64,000 bases of DNA from Octopus vulgaris (Eukaryota): the NCBI GenBank assembly GCA_951406725.2, contig OX597821.1, positions 23,870,001 to 23,934,000 on the forward strand. Reading direction: 5' to 3'. The position numbers were made by a program, and so were the translations under genes. This document shows positions 50,608 through 63,557 of the stretch, one piece after another; the first letter of the stretch is position 1, and every line of letters begins with the position of its first letter. The notes under the pieces are model-generated. The model saw only the letters and a list, made by a program, of their open reading frames with translations. It searched no databases and had not been told where the DNA came from.

Positions 50608-51631
50608 TCTATATATATAAAACTGAGAATGTGTGTCTGTCTGTCTGTATATTTTCCTAAAACTTGAGAACTACACAACCAATTTCATTCAAATTTTACA
50701 CATGCCTTACTTAGGGTCCATGTAGTTTCATGGGCAAAAAAAATGTTCAACTTTTTGCCTAGAGCGAGCCCATAGCAATATCATATCTTCTCCACTATTT
50801 CAGTATTACATGTTAAAAGTGAAACAAAAACATTTCTCTATTTTATGTCAGATGCTTTCACTTTAACAGTAAAAATAATAATAACAATTGAATTATACGT
50901 AGTAAGTAATAATTAAAATCAAACTAAAGTAACATAACAAAAGTAAAAATAGCAATTGGCATAAAATTGCATCAATGATTTGAACTTGAATAAGTGGTTT
51001 CACATGAATGGGAATAAATTAAAAATAAAATTAGCATGCAGAAATGGAATAGTCCAGATGGATAATAAAAAATTAAATTAAAGAAAAGACTGTTGTCTAT
51101 AAAGTATACAATGTAGAGAAAAAAGATTTGAACACCTGGAGGAAAGCACCTTCGAAAAGTGTCTTGGTGCGACTATGAAAGATATCTAACCAGAGATTGT
51201 AAATTCGCCACAATAGAAGCAAGGTTCGAGTCAATGGAGCATGCAAGGGAGTACTCGACTCGAACTTGCAAAGTGGAAATATTTTACTTTTACCTTTATA
51301 TCTGGGACGTAGGACGTCCCGGAAAAAATTTTTTAATGTCACCCCCCACCCCCAGAAGTAGAGGTAGGCTGGATTGTAGCCACACTTCTATACAAGAGGG
51401 AGGACAAGATACAATTGATCGAAATTACAAGAGACGAGCTAACAATTCCAGTCTGTTATATATTTTGAGTATTGTTATCACTAGCGATATCAAGATATAA
51501 CTTTGTATTTTGTATTTTATGTGTAGATGTATATATATATATATAGATGTACATGTAATATGTACACATATATATACACATATATACATGCACTAGCACT
51601 ATGACCTGGCAACGATGGGTCATAATGCTAG
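50608..51631 (+). mobile_element. Non-autonomous Helitron-like repeat (uninterrupted copy; partial inverted copy at 4700-4950)
   Basis: TC 5' end and CTAG 3' end; high identity to 37968-38489 plus 40157-40656. Confidence 0.75.
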
Positions 51632-51653
51632 TATATAAATATATGTCACTTAC

Positions 51654-51769
51654 CAACAACAGTGTAGGCATTAGCATTGAGGAACTTCAAACATTTTTCA
51701 AGACACCACAGGCAGCAAATACAACATTTTAAACAAAACTTGGCAATTTCACTTTCTGATTTCTTCAAC
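51654..51769 (-). CDS. SLC44A1: CTL-like exon
   Basis: 116 bp; LKKSESEIAKFCLKCCICCLWCLEKCLKFLNANAYTVV. Confidence 0.92.
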
Positions 51770-53440
51770 CTGACACAAAAAAAATGAATAAATAAATAAA
51801 TAAATAAAAACAAGCCATAATGATATGCTGGTGGTAAGCCGTAAACTCCTAATGAAGTTACAGGAGTCCAAAACACGATGCCCAAAATGCACAAGAGACA
51901 CCATGTCTTGAGATATGGCATTTTGGGATAAATCTTTCGCTTTTTACTAAAGATTTCAGTGGGGAGGAACATTTTAATGAGTCTATAGACTTATTTTTGA
52001 AAGCCTCATCTTGGGTATTTTAAACATGCCCAGCCCATCATTCCCAAGGTTTGAACACAACTGATGTCTCACATAGGGAAAGAGTGTGAGAGGAAGTGAG
52101 AAAGAGGAGAAATGACCCCAGTACTTTATTTATCAAAACTGAAAGGTGAAGTTGACCCCAGTACAGTACTGGTACTTTATTTATCAAAACTGAAAGGCAA
52201 AATTGATGCCAGTGGAATCTAAACTCAAGGTACAGAAAGATGAAATGACTATTGCAATGAATTCAATCTTGAGATAAAATAACTGCTACATCATTGCTTT
52301 AACCTTTATGTTATCATATTTCTATTGAAAGTTAATTTTGAAAATAATAAAGAATTTAGTAAAATGGCTTTGTCCTTACTAAGCTAGCATTTGGAACATA
52401 GATTAACATGGAATTGTAATGGAAGATATTAATTTAGAAGTCCGTATCATAGAACCAGGAGCAGTCTCATACAGGTTGGTATCAAGGGAGCTAATGATAT
52501 GTTAGTATAGTGCTATGATGGTATAATTCTCTAAATTAGCAAGACTATGGTTCTAATTAGTTCAGGCTCAACTAAAATGTCATTTAATAAGTGGTATTTA
52601 TTTAATCCACACTCACATAGCAAAAATGGATCCTAGCAAGATTTGAGCTTGAAATTATGAGAGTTCTGGTGCTCTATTGCTTATTCCACACAACTACAGT
52701 ACACATTATTAATAATTGTACCTGTGAAGACCCACCCACCACAACAGAATCGAGATTCTAAAACCAAGGTGTTGTGTAAAAACCATTAGTGCAGGTACTG
52801 GTGTCACGTAAAAAGCACCTGTGGTGGTGTCATGTGAAAAGCACCCAGTACACTTTGTGGAGTGGTTAACATTAGGAAGGGCATCTAGCTATAGAAACCA
52901 AGTCAAAACAAAGGAACCTTGTGCAGCCCCTGGCCTTGCCACTTCCTGTCAAGCCATTAAAACCCATGCTAGTATGGAAAACAGACATTAAATGGTGATG
53001 ATGATGTCACTGACAAAGCTAGCAACTTCTAGAGGACACACAGCAATATTATTTAAATTATTTTTTTCTTGTCCTGTACTTTTCTAGACTTCATTATTGC
53101 TTGTTCTGTACCTTCCCAGGTTCGATATTTAAGAAAATTCTAAGATTCTGCAACCACCATTTTTCATTCTGGTACACTCTTTCTCTCTCAGTTCATTTAT
53201 GCTTTGTCATTCATTAGCACTAACATTCCATATCACAGATACAATATGCTACCTAGCGCAGGAATTGAACCCATGACATGGTCATGAACCTAACCCCCTA
53301 ACCACTAGGCCACATGGCTTCACATACACCCCCCCCACACACACACACAAATATACATTTTGATTTTTTTTTTGATTTGATTTTTTTTTTTTTGGATTTT
53401 TTAGTTTCAGCTCATGAGCTGTGGCCATGCTGGGGCACCG

Positions 53441-53484
<44 letters not shown>

Positions 53485-53792
53485 TAAATTAGAGATAAAA
53501 CCACTATTAGGCAAATCAAACAGTGAAAATCATAAGCCAATACATAGAAATAATATAAAAGTTAAAATTTAAAAATTATTTAAATAATTTAAACTTATAA
53601 ATTTTAAATATATATATACAACGGCGGTGCATCAGCATGGCTGCAGCTCTGAGCTGAAACTAGAAAAAAAAAATACATATAAATAAATATGTAGTGTTTT
53701 TACTCTTTATCTTTTATTAAACTTTTAATACTTTTTGATATTTATATAATTAAAAAAAAAAAATAAATAAATAAAATAATATAAAAATATAC

Positions 53793-53826
<34 letters not shown>

Positions 53827-54396
53827 ATTTAAAATTTATAAGTTTAAATTATTTAAATAATTTTAAAATTTTAACTTTTATATTTATTTCTATGTGGCTT
53901 ATGATTTTCACTCTTTGATTTGCCTAATAGTGGTTTTATCTCTAATTTAATATAATATATTTATACTATAAAATTGAATTTAATCCTAAATCTAATTTTT
54001 CCCTGTAAGTTTGGATTTACTCCCTAATATTATTAAATAGGTTACTGCACTTTCAGCTGATGAGTCACACTGTGTAACAGGATTTTTGTCACTGGGCAGC
54101 AACTGTTAGGTCCTGTTTGCTTAACCCTACAAAATATCAAATATGGCTAATATTTCCTTAAAACTTTGCTTTTGTTACATTTATTTAAGCCCCAAAGAAT
54201 CCCTCTCTACATTACTCCTGCTCATGATCAGAGATGCATATATTGTCAGCCACTAAGGGACATGCTCATGTAGTTAAGGTGAAGTAACTGACAAGCAAAT
54301 ACGTGGTATTGAGCAGAATATTTCCTACAATGATATTTCTGCTTCAGCAACTCAGCACTGAATCTGTTTGAAATCTAATGAAGAATAGGTCAGTTT

Positions 54397-54625
54397 TAAC
54401 CCTTTCGTTACCAACCCGGCTGAAACCGCCTCTGGCTCTGTAGTACAAATGTCTTGTTTTCATAAGTTTTGAATTAAAATTTTCCACCAAACCTTAGTCA
54501 CAATTTATGTTTCTAACATTAGCTGAATGATAACTAAGTTATTTTACTAAATTCTTTGTTACATTTAAAATTAATTGAAAGAAACACAGAGCATCTCAAA
54601 ATAAATACAGTAATGAAAGGGTTAA
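54397..54625. mobile_element. piggyBac-type MITE (related copies ~13805-14031 and ~18225-18857)
   Basis: TTAA-CCCTT...AAGGG-TTAA termini. Confidence 0.65.
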
Positions 54626-54782
54626 AACATTGATGTTCAAATGACAAAAGCAAAGTTTGAAAGGAATAGTTGTTGTTTCCTTTGATTTCTAGGTAGAAAC
54701 AAACAGGAAATAACACTCACTGACTAAAGACAAAAAAAATTTTTTTATTTCGTTACACAGTGTTATTTTTTTATGTCATAAT

Positions 54783-55135
54783 CATCGTCGTTCATCGTTT
54801 AACGTCCGTTCTCCATGCTAGCATGGGTTGGACGGTTCGACCGGGGATCTGGGAAGCCAGAAGGCTGCACAAGGCTCCGGTCTTATCTGGCAATGTTTCT
54901 ACAGCTGGATGCCCTTCCTAACGCCAACCACTCCATGAGTGTAGTGGGTGCTTTTTACGTGCCACCTGCACTGGTGCCAGGCGAGGCTGGCATTGGCCAC
55001 GGTCGGATTGGTGCATTTTACGTGCCACCTGCACGGAAGCCAGTCGAGGTGGCACTGGCTTCGGCCACGATTCGGATGGTGCTTTTTACGTGCCACCGAC
55101 ACGGAAGCCAGTCGAGGCGGCGCTGGCACCGGCCA
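54783..55135 (-). mobile_element. SINE family D with (GAT)n tail. Other copies: ~5705-5880, 7600-8122, 20244-20366, 50280-50547, 52790-53006, 56705-57021
   Basis: Shared CCAACCCATGCTAGCATGG...GGACGTTAAACGATGATG end and internal GTGGCACGTAAAAAGCAC repeats. Confidence 0.75.
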
Positions 55136-55259
55136 CAAACATGCCCAGAATACTGAAAACAACTTGAACACAATTTGAATACAGAATACAAAAGCGATGT
55201 GACCAAACATCTCAATAAACATTTTGTTATGGTTAAGTACAGAATATAAAACATCTTAC

Positions 55260-55400
55260 TTCTTTTCGGTGTACATGAGTATCCATCGAGGGAGTTTTAC
55301 TAGGGTGATGATGAAGCTCCCTAAAGCAGCAGTACCCAGATGATAAACTATGACATGGCACATGGCACTAGGTATTGTACATGTCATCTTCTGCTTTTCC
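55260..55400 (-). CDS. SLC44A1: CTL-like exon
   Basis: 141 bp; ...YHLGTAALGSFIITLVKLPRWILMY... Confidence 0.9.
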
Positions 55401-55677
55401 CTAGAAGATGATAAAGAGAGCAAAGAAAAGAGAACAGAGAAAATGAACAGGGGTTTAGAATTGCGAACAACAACAACAATCCTTTGTGCTATAGGCACAA
55501 AGCGTGAAATTTTGTGGGGAGGGGTTAAGTCGATTACATCAACCCCTGTACTCAACTGGTACTTAATTTATTGACCTTGTAAAGATGAAAGGCAAAAGTT
55601 GACATTGACAGAATTTGAATTCACAACATAAAGACAGATGAAATGATGCTAAGAATTTTGCCTGGCGTGCTAATGAT

Positions 55678-55710
<33 letters not shown>

Positions 55711-57412
55711 CTTTACTCTTTTACTTGTTTCAGTCATTTGACTGCGGCCATGCTGGAGCACCGCCTTTAGTCGAGCAAATCGACCCTGGTACTTAAGCCC
55801 AGTACTTATTCTATCGGTCTCTTTTGCCGAACCGCTAAGTGATGGGGACGTAAACACAACAGCATCGGTTGTCAAGCAATGCTAGGGGGACAAACACTGA
55901 CACACAAACACACACACATATATGTATATACATATATACGACAGGCTTCTTTCAGTTTCCGTCTACCAAATCCACTCACAAGGCATTGGTCGGCCCGGGG
56001 CTATAGCAGAAGACACTTGCCCAAGATGCCACGCAGTGGGACTGTACCCGGAACCATGTGGCTGGTTAGCAAGCTACTGCTAACACAGCCACTCCTGCGC
56101 CTTAATGATAATAATAATAATAATCCTTTCTACTAAATGCACAAGGCCTGAAATTTTGGGGGAGGGGACAAGTTGATTACATTGACTCCAGTACTCAACT
56201 GGCACTTAATTTCTCGACCCTGAAAGGATGAAAGACAAAATCGACCTTAGTGGAATTTGAACTCAGAATGTAGTGGCAGATGAAATACCACTAAGCATTT
56301 CGCCTGGTGGGCTAACAATTCTGCCAGCTCACTGCCTTAATAATAATTACAAATTTTGGTATAAGGCCAGCAATTTTGGAAGAGGGGGTAAGTCAATTTC
56401 ATCAACCCCAGTACTCAACTGGTACTTTTTTTAATCAACTCCAAAAAGATGTAAGTAAAGTTGACCCCAGTGGAATTTGAGCTCAGAACATAAAGATGGA
56501 CGAAATGCTGTTAAGCATTTTGCCTGGCACACTAATGATTCTGATAGCTCACCACCTTAATAATAATGGCTTCAAATTTTTGGCACAAGGCCAGCAATTT
56601 TGGGTGAGGAGCTTAATTGATTACATCAACCCCAATACTTAATTGGTGCTTATTTTATCGAACCCAAAAGAATGAAAAGCAAAGTCAACCATGGTGGAAT
56701 TTTAAACATAAAAGCACCATCCGTTCGTATCCGTTGCCAGCCTCGCCTGCCCCCGTGCCGGTGGCACGTAAAATCACCATCCGTTCATGGCAGTTTGCCA
56801 GCTCCGTCTGGCACCTGTGCGGGTGGCACGTAAAAAGCACCCACTATACTCATGGAGTGGTTGGCGTTAGGAAGGGCATCCAGCTGTAGAAACACTGCCA
56901 GACCAGACTGGGCCTGATGCAGCCTTCTGGCTTCACAGACCCCAGTTGAACCGTCCAACCCATGCTAGCATGGAAAGCGGACGCTAAATGATGATGAGGA
57001 TGATGATGATGATGATGATGATAAAGACGGACAAAATTCTGCTAATGATTTCACCAGCTCACCACCTTAACAACAATAATATTGGTTTCAAATTTTGGCA
57101 CAAGGCCAGCAATTTGGGGGGAAGAGGTAAGTCAATTACATTGACTCCAGTGCTCAACTGGTACTTATTTTATCAATCCCAGTGCTCAATTAGTACTTTT
57201 TTCATCAACTGTGCAAAAATGAAAGGCAAAGTTGACCTCTGCAGAATTTGAGCTCAGAACATGAGGACAGATGAACTGTTTCTAAGCAATTTGTCCAGCA
57301 TGTTAATGATTCAGCCAGCTCACTGTCTTAAGTGAGAAAGATATTAAGACTTGGATTTTTTGAGACAAACACACACACACACACACACACGCAATTATTG
57401 AAGAGAACTGAC

Positions 57413-57578
57413 CTTGTAAAGTACCATGTGGCTATTATTTCAGATATCACCAACTGTTCACATGCCAGAATGAATTCTCCTGTCCAGATCAACCCAATTA
57501 CATGGTACCACCAAAAATAGGACACATATGCATGTTCCTTGTAAGTGACAAACCCTGCATCATTTGATTCAGGAATTT
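57413..57578 (-). CDS. SLC44A1: CTL-like exon
   Basis: 166 bp; ...YFWWYHVIGLIWTGEFILACEQLVISEIIATWYFTR, a CTL signature. Confidence 0.9.
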
Positions 57579-57628
57579 CTGAAAATTTCAATAAACTTCA
57601 TAAATTAATAACAAAAATAATAATAATG

Positions 57629-57671
<43 letters not shown>

Positions 57672-58875
57672 TAATAATAATAATAATAACAATAATAACA
57701 ACAACAACAATAGTAAGCAAAGATATAGACAAATGGTTGAAAGAGATTGAAATAGAATGCCCAGTAGAACTCCTACAAAAACTTTGTCTCTTAGGGACAG
57801 CAAGGATTATCAGTAGGGCTCTAAGCACTTGAAAGACTGCTTAAAACTTGTGGATACCTAAAGTTACAGGTAGTAACCCACTACCCACATAAATTCTACG
57901 AGGAATAAGACTGAACCGGAACCAAAGCAAAATAATAATTCATAATAATAATAATAATCCTTTCTATTATAGGCAAAGTCCTGAAATTTTGGGGAAGTAA
58001 GCAGTCAATTGCAGTGATGTCAGTACTTAACTGGAACTTACTTCACAGCTGAAAATCCACAGGGGAGGATGCAAAGCCTCATTCATACATTTTGAATTTG
58101 TTAGTACTGGATGTCGAGGGTGGTTCGTCTGAGGTTATTCAAATTAGACGGGTATGTTAGATTTTTAGTGCTCTCAAATTTAAATTTAACGAAATCTTGG
58201 GCTGATGACAGGAATGTTAGAATAGGTATGTATTTCTAGCATCTCTATATCTAACTAACCCAGAGACGCGTTCTCAAGTAATCGATTTTCGAGTGATCTT
58301 TCGTTATTTTTCCCTCTATGCCTACGTGAATTGTTTTTGAGTATACATTGTCTGGGAGACTCTTCTTATAGTAGGGGAAATAGCAAAATTCTTTGGCTGC
58401 TATTTCTAAAAGTTCAGTGTGTGGTAAAGTAAATTTTTTTGCTGAACCCTTATCATATAAAGTATATATATATATATATATTCTTTTATTTGTTTCAGTC
58501 ATTTGACTGTGACCTTGCTGGAGCACCGCCTTTAGTTGAACAAGTCAACTCCAGGGCTTACTCTTTGTAAGCCTAAAACTTATTCTATCAGTCTCTTTTG
58601 CCAGACCGCTAAGTTACGAGGACATAAATACATCAACATCGGTTGTCAAGCAATGGTGGGGAACAAACACAGACACACAAATTTATACACACACGCACAT
58701 ATACATACAAACATGTACATGGATACATACATACATATATATTAGACGATATACCACAATCCCCTATTTTGTCGGGTATGTTCTGAGTCTGCGCAGTGTT
58801 TTGAATAGTTTAGAAAGAGCGTTTCAATAGACGCACATGGGTCTATTAATATGGTCTTCCCATAATTAACAGGAA

Positions 58876-58948
58876 TCTTACTGAAGAGCCAGCCTGAGTA
58901 AATAAATATTATTTTTATTACTGAATTTGGCGAAACTGCAGTATAAGA
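58876..58948 (+). ncRNA. Minimal type I hammerhead ribozyme, GUA cleavage site
   Basis: UCUUA-CUGAAGA-GCCA...UGGC-GAAAC-UGCA-GUA|UAAGA. Stem I is a perfect 5-bp helix and stem III is the palindrome CUGCAG. Confidence 0.85.
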
Positions 58949-59112
58949 AAAGCTAAGTTTGTAAAAGTTTTTAATTTTCATCTCACTAAATTTATCCAGC
59001 TTTTGTGTATCTAGTGCACTCTTTGCCTTGAATGTAATTATATATGAATAATATATGGCGTGTACTGGTACACCGGCGATTATAATTAATTTTATTGTAT
59101 CGCATTTAACTT

Positions 59113-59161
<49 letters not shown>

Positions 59162-59607
59162 CAGGCTTCTTTCAGTTTCTGTCTACCAAATCCACTCACA
59201 GGGCTTTGGTCGGCCTGAGGCTATAGTAGAAGACACTTGGCCAAGGTACCATGCAGTGGGACTGAATCCAGAACCATGTGGTTGGTAAGCAAGATACTTA
59301 CCACAGTCAGTCCTGCACCTAATGCAAGTAGGTACTAATATGCACTTCTACCGATAGATAATGTAGGTTAACATTTGTGAGATTATGTACCTTCAATTGG
59401 TTGGTTTAACTATACTCTGTACATACCTAGTAGTCAAAATGCCCTGATGAAGCCCTTGATGGACTGTAGCATCATAATGCACTAAAAGATACAGAAGATG
59501 CATCTTGATAGTGGCGGAAATGTCATGTAGGAGAAAAAAAGAACATAAATGAGTGCATGATAACAAATTGGATATTCTCTGTTCTCTGTTTTCCTCAAAC
59601 TGATTCA

Positions 59608-60003
59608 TCTTTATATATAAAAGTGAGGTTGTGTGATGTCTGTCTCCTACGATTTAGATTCCTAACTACTCCCACATTTTGCGGTGCAGTTTAACCAAAA
59701 CCGGGTATCTTATAGTCATGATTCATATCGAGCCCTTCTGGGTATTAGCGCACGTCTACGATGAGTTTACGATTTAAAAAAAAATTTACCATCAATTTTT
59801 CCCATTTTTAATTCATTTTTGGCATATATAAGGGAAGTAACTCTCTAAAAATTTATTATTAAATCTCAGAACGTAAAAAGCTACAGTCACCCCCCCCCTT
59901 TGTGGTTAGTCATATTGAGATGGCTATTATACTTTACATCTCTAAAAATGCTTATATAGTTATTTCCCTTACAAACCCGAGCAACGCCGGGCGATACTGC
60001 TAG
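59608..60003 (+). mobile_element. Short non-autonomous Helitron
   Basis: A|TC start; 3' hairpin CCCGAGCAACGCCGGG followed by CTAG|T. Confidence 0.75.
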
Positions 60004-60590
60004 TTGTATATAAATGTCATCCTGGCTAGGTGCAGGTGTGGCTGTGTGGTAAAATGTTTGCTCCCCAATCACATGGTTCAATCCCACTTTGGGCAAGTGT
60101 CTTCTGTTATAGCCCCAGCTTGACAAAAGCTTTGTGAGTTGGTAGATTTGATATATGGAAACTGAAAGAATCCCCCATCATCTGTGTGTTGTGCGTGCAC
60201 ACACATGCACATGTGTTTTTGTCTCCCTGCCTTGACCTTGCTTATATGACAGTGTCACTGTCATATAAGCAGGAATTGTTTACTCCTAATCTTCTGTGGA
60301 AACATCTCTGCTTATGGAGAAATATTACCTTATTTGGAAAGAGGTGAGGGTTGGTCACAAAAAGGATCATAGAAAAGCCACAGAAAATTTGCCTCAACAA
60401 AATTCTGCCTGGCTCAAAAACAGGAAAAGTAGATGTAAAAACACTGATAATGATGATGATGGCATATTAATTATATACATTTTATACATATAAAGAGAAA
60501 GAGAGAGGGGGAGAAAGTAATAAACATATAGTTGTAAGAAAAAATTACAGAACATCAGTAAATCATAATGGAAAAAGAAGAAATAAATAC

Positions 60591-60777
60591 CAGCAGTGGA
60601 GAGGTAGGCAAGGGTGATAATCCAGTAGACAATGAAGATAACGAGGATAAAAACTGACCACAATGGTTGAATAATCAAACTGGGCATATCTGTGAGACAT
60701 TTTCCAGCTTCAGCGAACAGCCCAATGGCCAATTCGATACGCTTCCGCATTACAAACAGTACAAGTAACAGAATCAC
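60591..60777 (-). CDS. SLC44A1: Choline transporter-like protein (SLC44A/CTL1-like), first exon visible in the window
   Basis: AG/GT-bounded 187 bp; VILLLVLFVMRKRIELAIGLFAEAGKCLTDMPSLIIQPLW...YLSTA. Confidence 0.88.
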
Positions 60778-61379
60778 CTGGAATACAGAAAAGATGCAGC
60801 ATTATTGATTTTGTTTTTGTGTTATGTAAGCCTCATCCACCAATCTTTCCATAAGCCCTGATTGACCAACTTTATGATCATAGACTTTCCACCTGTGTCT
60901 ATCTGCAGGTATGAGTTTTATTGAAACATAGTCTATCTAGGACTAACATATATCCAATGTGCTTTTTATTTTTTAATGATGGAGGAGATCTTTTACAGAA
61001 ATTTGGCTGTTATTTCTAGCAGAATGAATGACAGTGTTGAGGGACTTGAATATTTAGGGCAGCGATCAGCACAGGTGATGTTATATAGCACCAGCAGAGG
61101 AGTGTTTTAATCGAACAAATCGACCCCAGGACTTATTTCTGAAGCCTAGTACTTATTCAATCAGTCTTTTTTACCCAACCATTAAGTTACAGGGATGTAA
61201 AAACACAACACCAGTTATCAAGCTGTGATGTGGGGACAAACACAGACACAAAGACACATCACTCACAAGGCTTTGGTCAGCCCAATGGAAGTGAACCCAA
61301 AACTATGTGGTTGGGAAGCAAGCTTCTTATATATCTTTAGCCACTTGTGGGTAGAAAAGAAAACTATATTACGTATTAG

Positions 61380-61429
<50 letters not shown>

Positions 61430-61911
61430 TACACATGCACACACACACATATATGTATATATAAATAAATCAAAACTGGAAGTTGGATAGGCAAAGAACA
61501 TGTTATTTCCCCTTTCTCATCTTTGAACCATCCCAGCTCTCCCCCATTATCTTAATGTAGAAATTCAAGGGCTGCATTAGTTAGGTGGTAACCATTACAA
61601 GTTTGATAAATAACATACACTCTTCTCTTGGTATCTCTGAACCACCTCTTTCTTAATACATATATATCAGAACTACAACAGATAAGATATACAAATGTGT
61701 GTATGCATATGAACACACACAGCATCACATCAACACATCTCTATTGATTAGTATATATTTAATCTTACACTGGTTTAACTCTGTTTTCTCCTCTCATTGC
61801 AGTATATTTCTTAACTCAGCATTGATTCTTCTCAGTCTTTACGTCACACTGAAATATATTTTGCAACCCAATCCTTCTTTTGATCTTAAGAATGGATCTA
61901 TTAATCTATAT

Positions 61912-62108
61912 CAGTGCTTTTCAAACTTTTTGCTGGAGCGGAACCCCAAGGAAACATTCCACTGGCTCGAGGAAACCCTGTGCAATAATTTAATAGTCTT
62001 ATGCACACATATCTTCACGATTTTAGCAGTTTTGTAACTTCTTGTGGAACCCCTAGACTGTACTGGCGGAACCCTAAGGTTCCGCAGAACCCTGGTTGAA
62101 AACCACTG
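61912..62108. mobile_element. hAT-type MITE
   Basis: CAGTG...CACTG termini with 8-bp TSD ATCTATAT. Related CAGTGGTTCTCAA elements lie at ~19827-20060 and ~20371-20680. Confidence 0.75.
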
Positions 62109-62510
62109 ATCTATATTCTTCTGCTTTCAATCTTCCTTTTTAACTGCTGAACTAAAACACTCACATACTGGTCCATCAATGGACTTCAGAAGACTTCATT
62201 AATTCTATAACTTCTTTCTTTTACCTGTAAAGGGCTGCGATTTGCACTTACATAGCATGGACTGCTGAGTACATTTTATGAAAACAAGGCTATCATGCAC
62301 GCAGAAATAACAAAAATTAGTTAAAATATCTTCTTAGTAGGTGCAGGAGTGGCTGTGTGGTAAGTAGCTTGCTAACCAACCACATGGTTCCGGGTTCAGT
62401 CCCACTGCGTGGCATCTTGGGCAAGTGTCTTCTGCTATAGCCCCGGGCCGACCAATGCCTTGTGAGTGGATTTGGTAGATGGAAACTGAAAGAAGCGCGT
62501 CATATATATG

Positions 62511-62549
<39 letters not shown>

Positions 62550-63502
62550 TTGTCCCTCTAGCATTGCTTGACAACCGATGCTGGTGTGTTTACATCCCCG
62601 TAACTTAGCGGTTTGGCAAAAGAGACCGATAGAATAAGTACTAGGCTTCCAAAGAATAAGTCCTGGGGTCGATTTGCTCGACTAAAGTCGGTGCTCCAGC
62701 ATGGTCGCAGTCAAATGACTGAAACAAGTAAAAGAGTAAAGAGAGTGTATAATGGTGGCAAGTTTTACATCGTCTGAAAAGTCATTAGTTGAACTATTAG
62801 TCCTCTTGCACTCTGGTGGGTATCGGAGCATTTGAGTGACACTAGACCCCAACAAACGGCCATAAATTAAATGCATCCATCTGGGTCACGATCGTGACCT
62901 GTCGACCTGTGCCTGACTGCCACAATTGTGGCCCATGGCACTTTATGTGTTAATCCTTTAATTCTTTAATCATGGAATTACATAATACAGTTACCTTTAA
63001 TTCTAACTGATGACTACTAATATCCTCAATTTGTTTCACGTTTATGTGCTTACTCTGGTGTGCATATATATATATTCACAACGGGCTTCTTTTAGTTTCC
63101 ATCAACCAAAACCACTCACAAGGCTTTGGTCTGCCTGAGGCTATAATAGGATACACTTGCCCAAAGTGCCACACAGTGGGACTGAACCCAGAACCATGTG
63201 GTTGGAAAGCAAGCTTCTTGCCACACTAATTCCACTTCCCTCAAAATTGCTGGCTTTGTGCCTAAATTAGAAACAATAATTGAAGGGTAGAATCATTAGC
63301 ATATAGGATGAAATGCTTTATAATATTTCATCCAACTCATTAGGTTCTGAGTTCAAATCCTGCTGAGATCAGCTTTGCCTCTCCTCTTTTCCGGGGCCAA
63401 TAAAAGAAAAGGCCAGTTAAGTTCTGAGATCAATGATACCAACTAACCAACCCCGTCCCCACCACCACCACCACCGCCGCCAGCACCACTACTTTTCTCA
63501 TA

Positions 63503-63557
<55 letters not shown>

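Noticed and set aside
54050-54110. CTGATGAG motifs here and at ~27974, 5532 and 58202
   Set aside because: No downstream stem II closure with GAAA and an NUH site.
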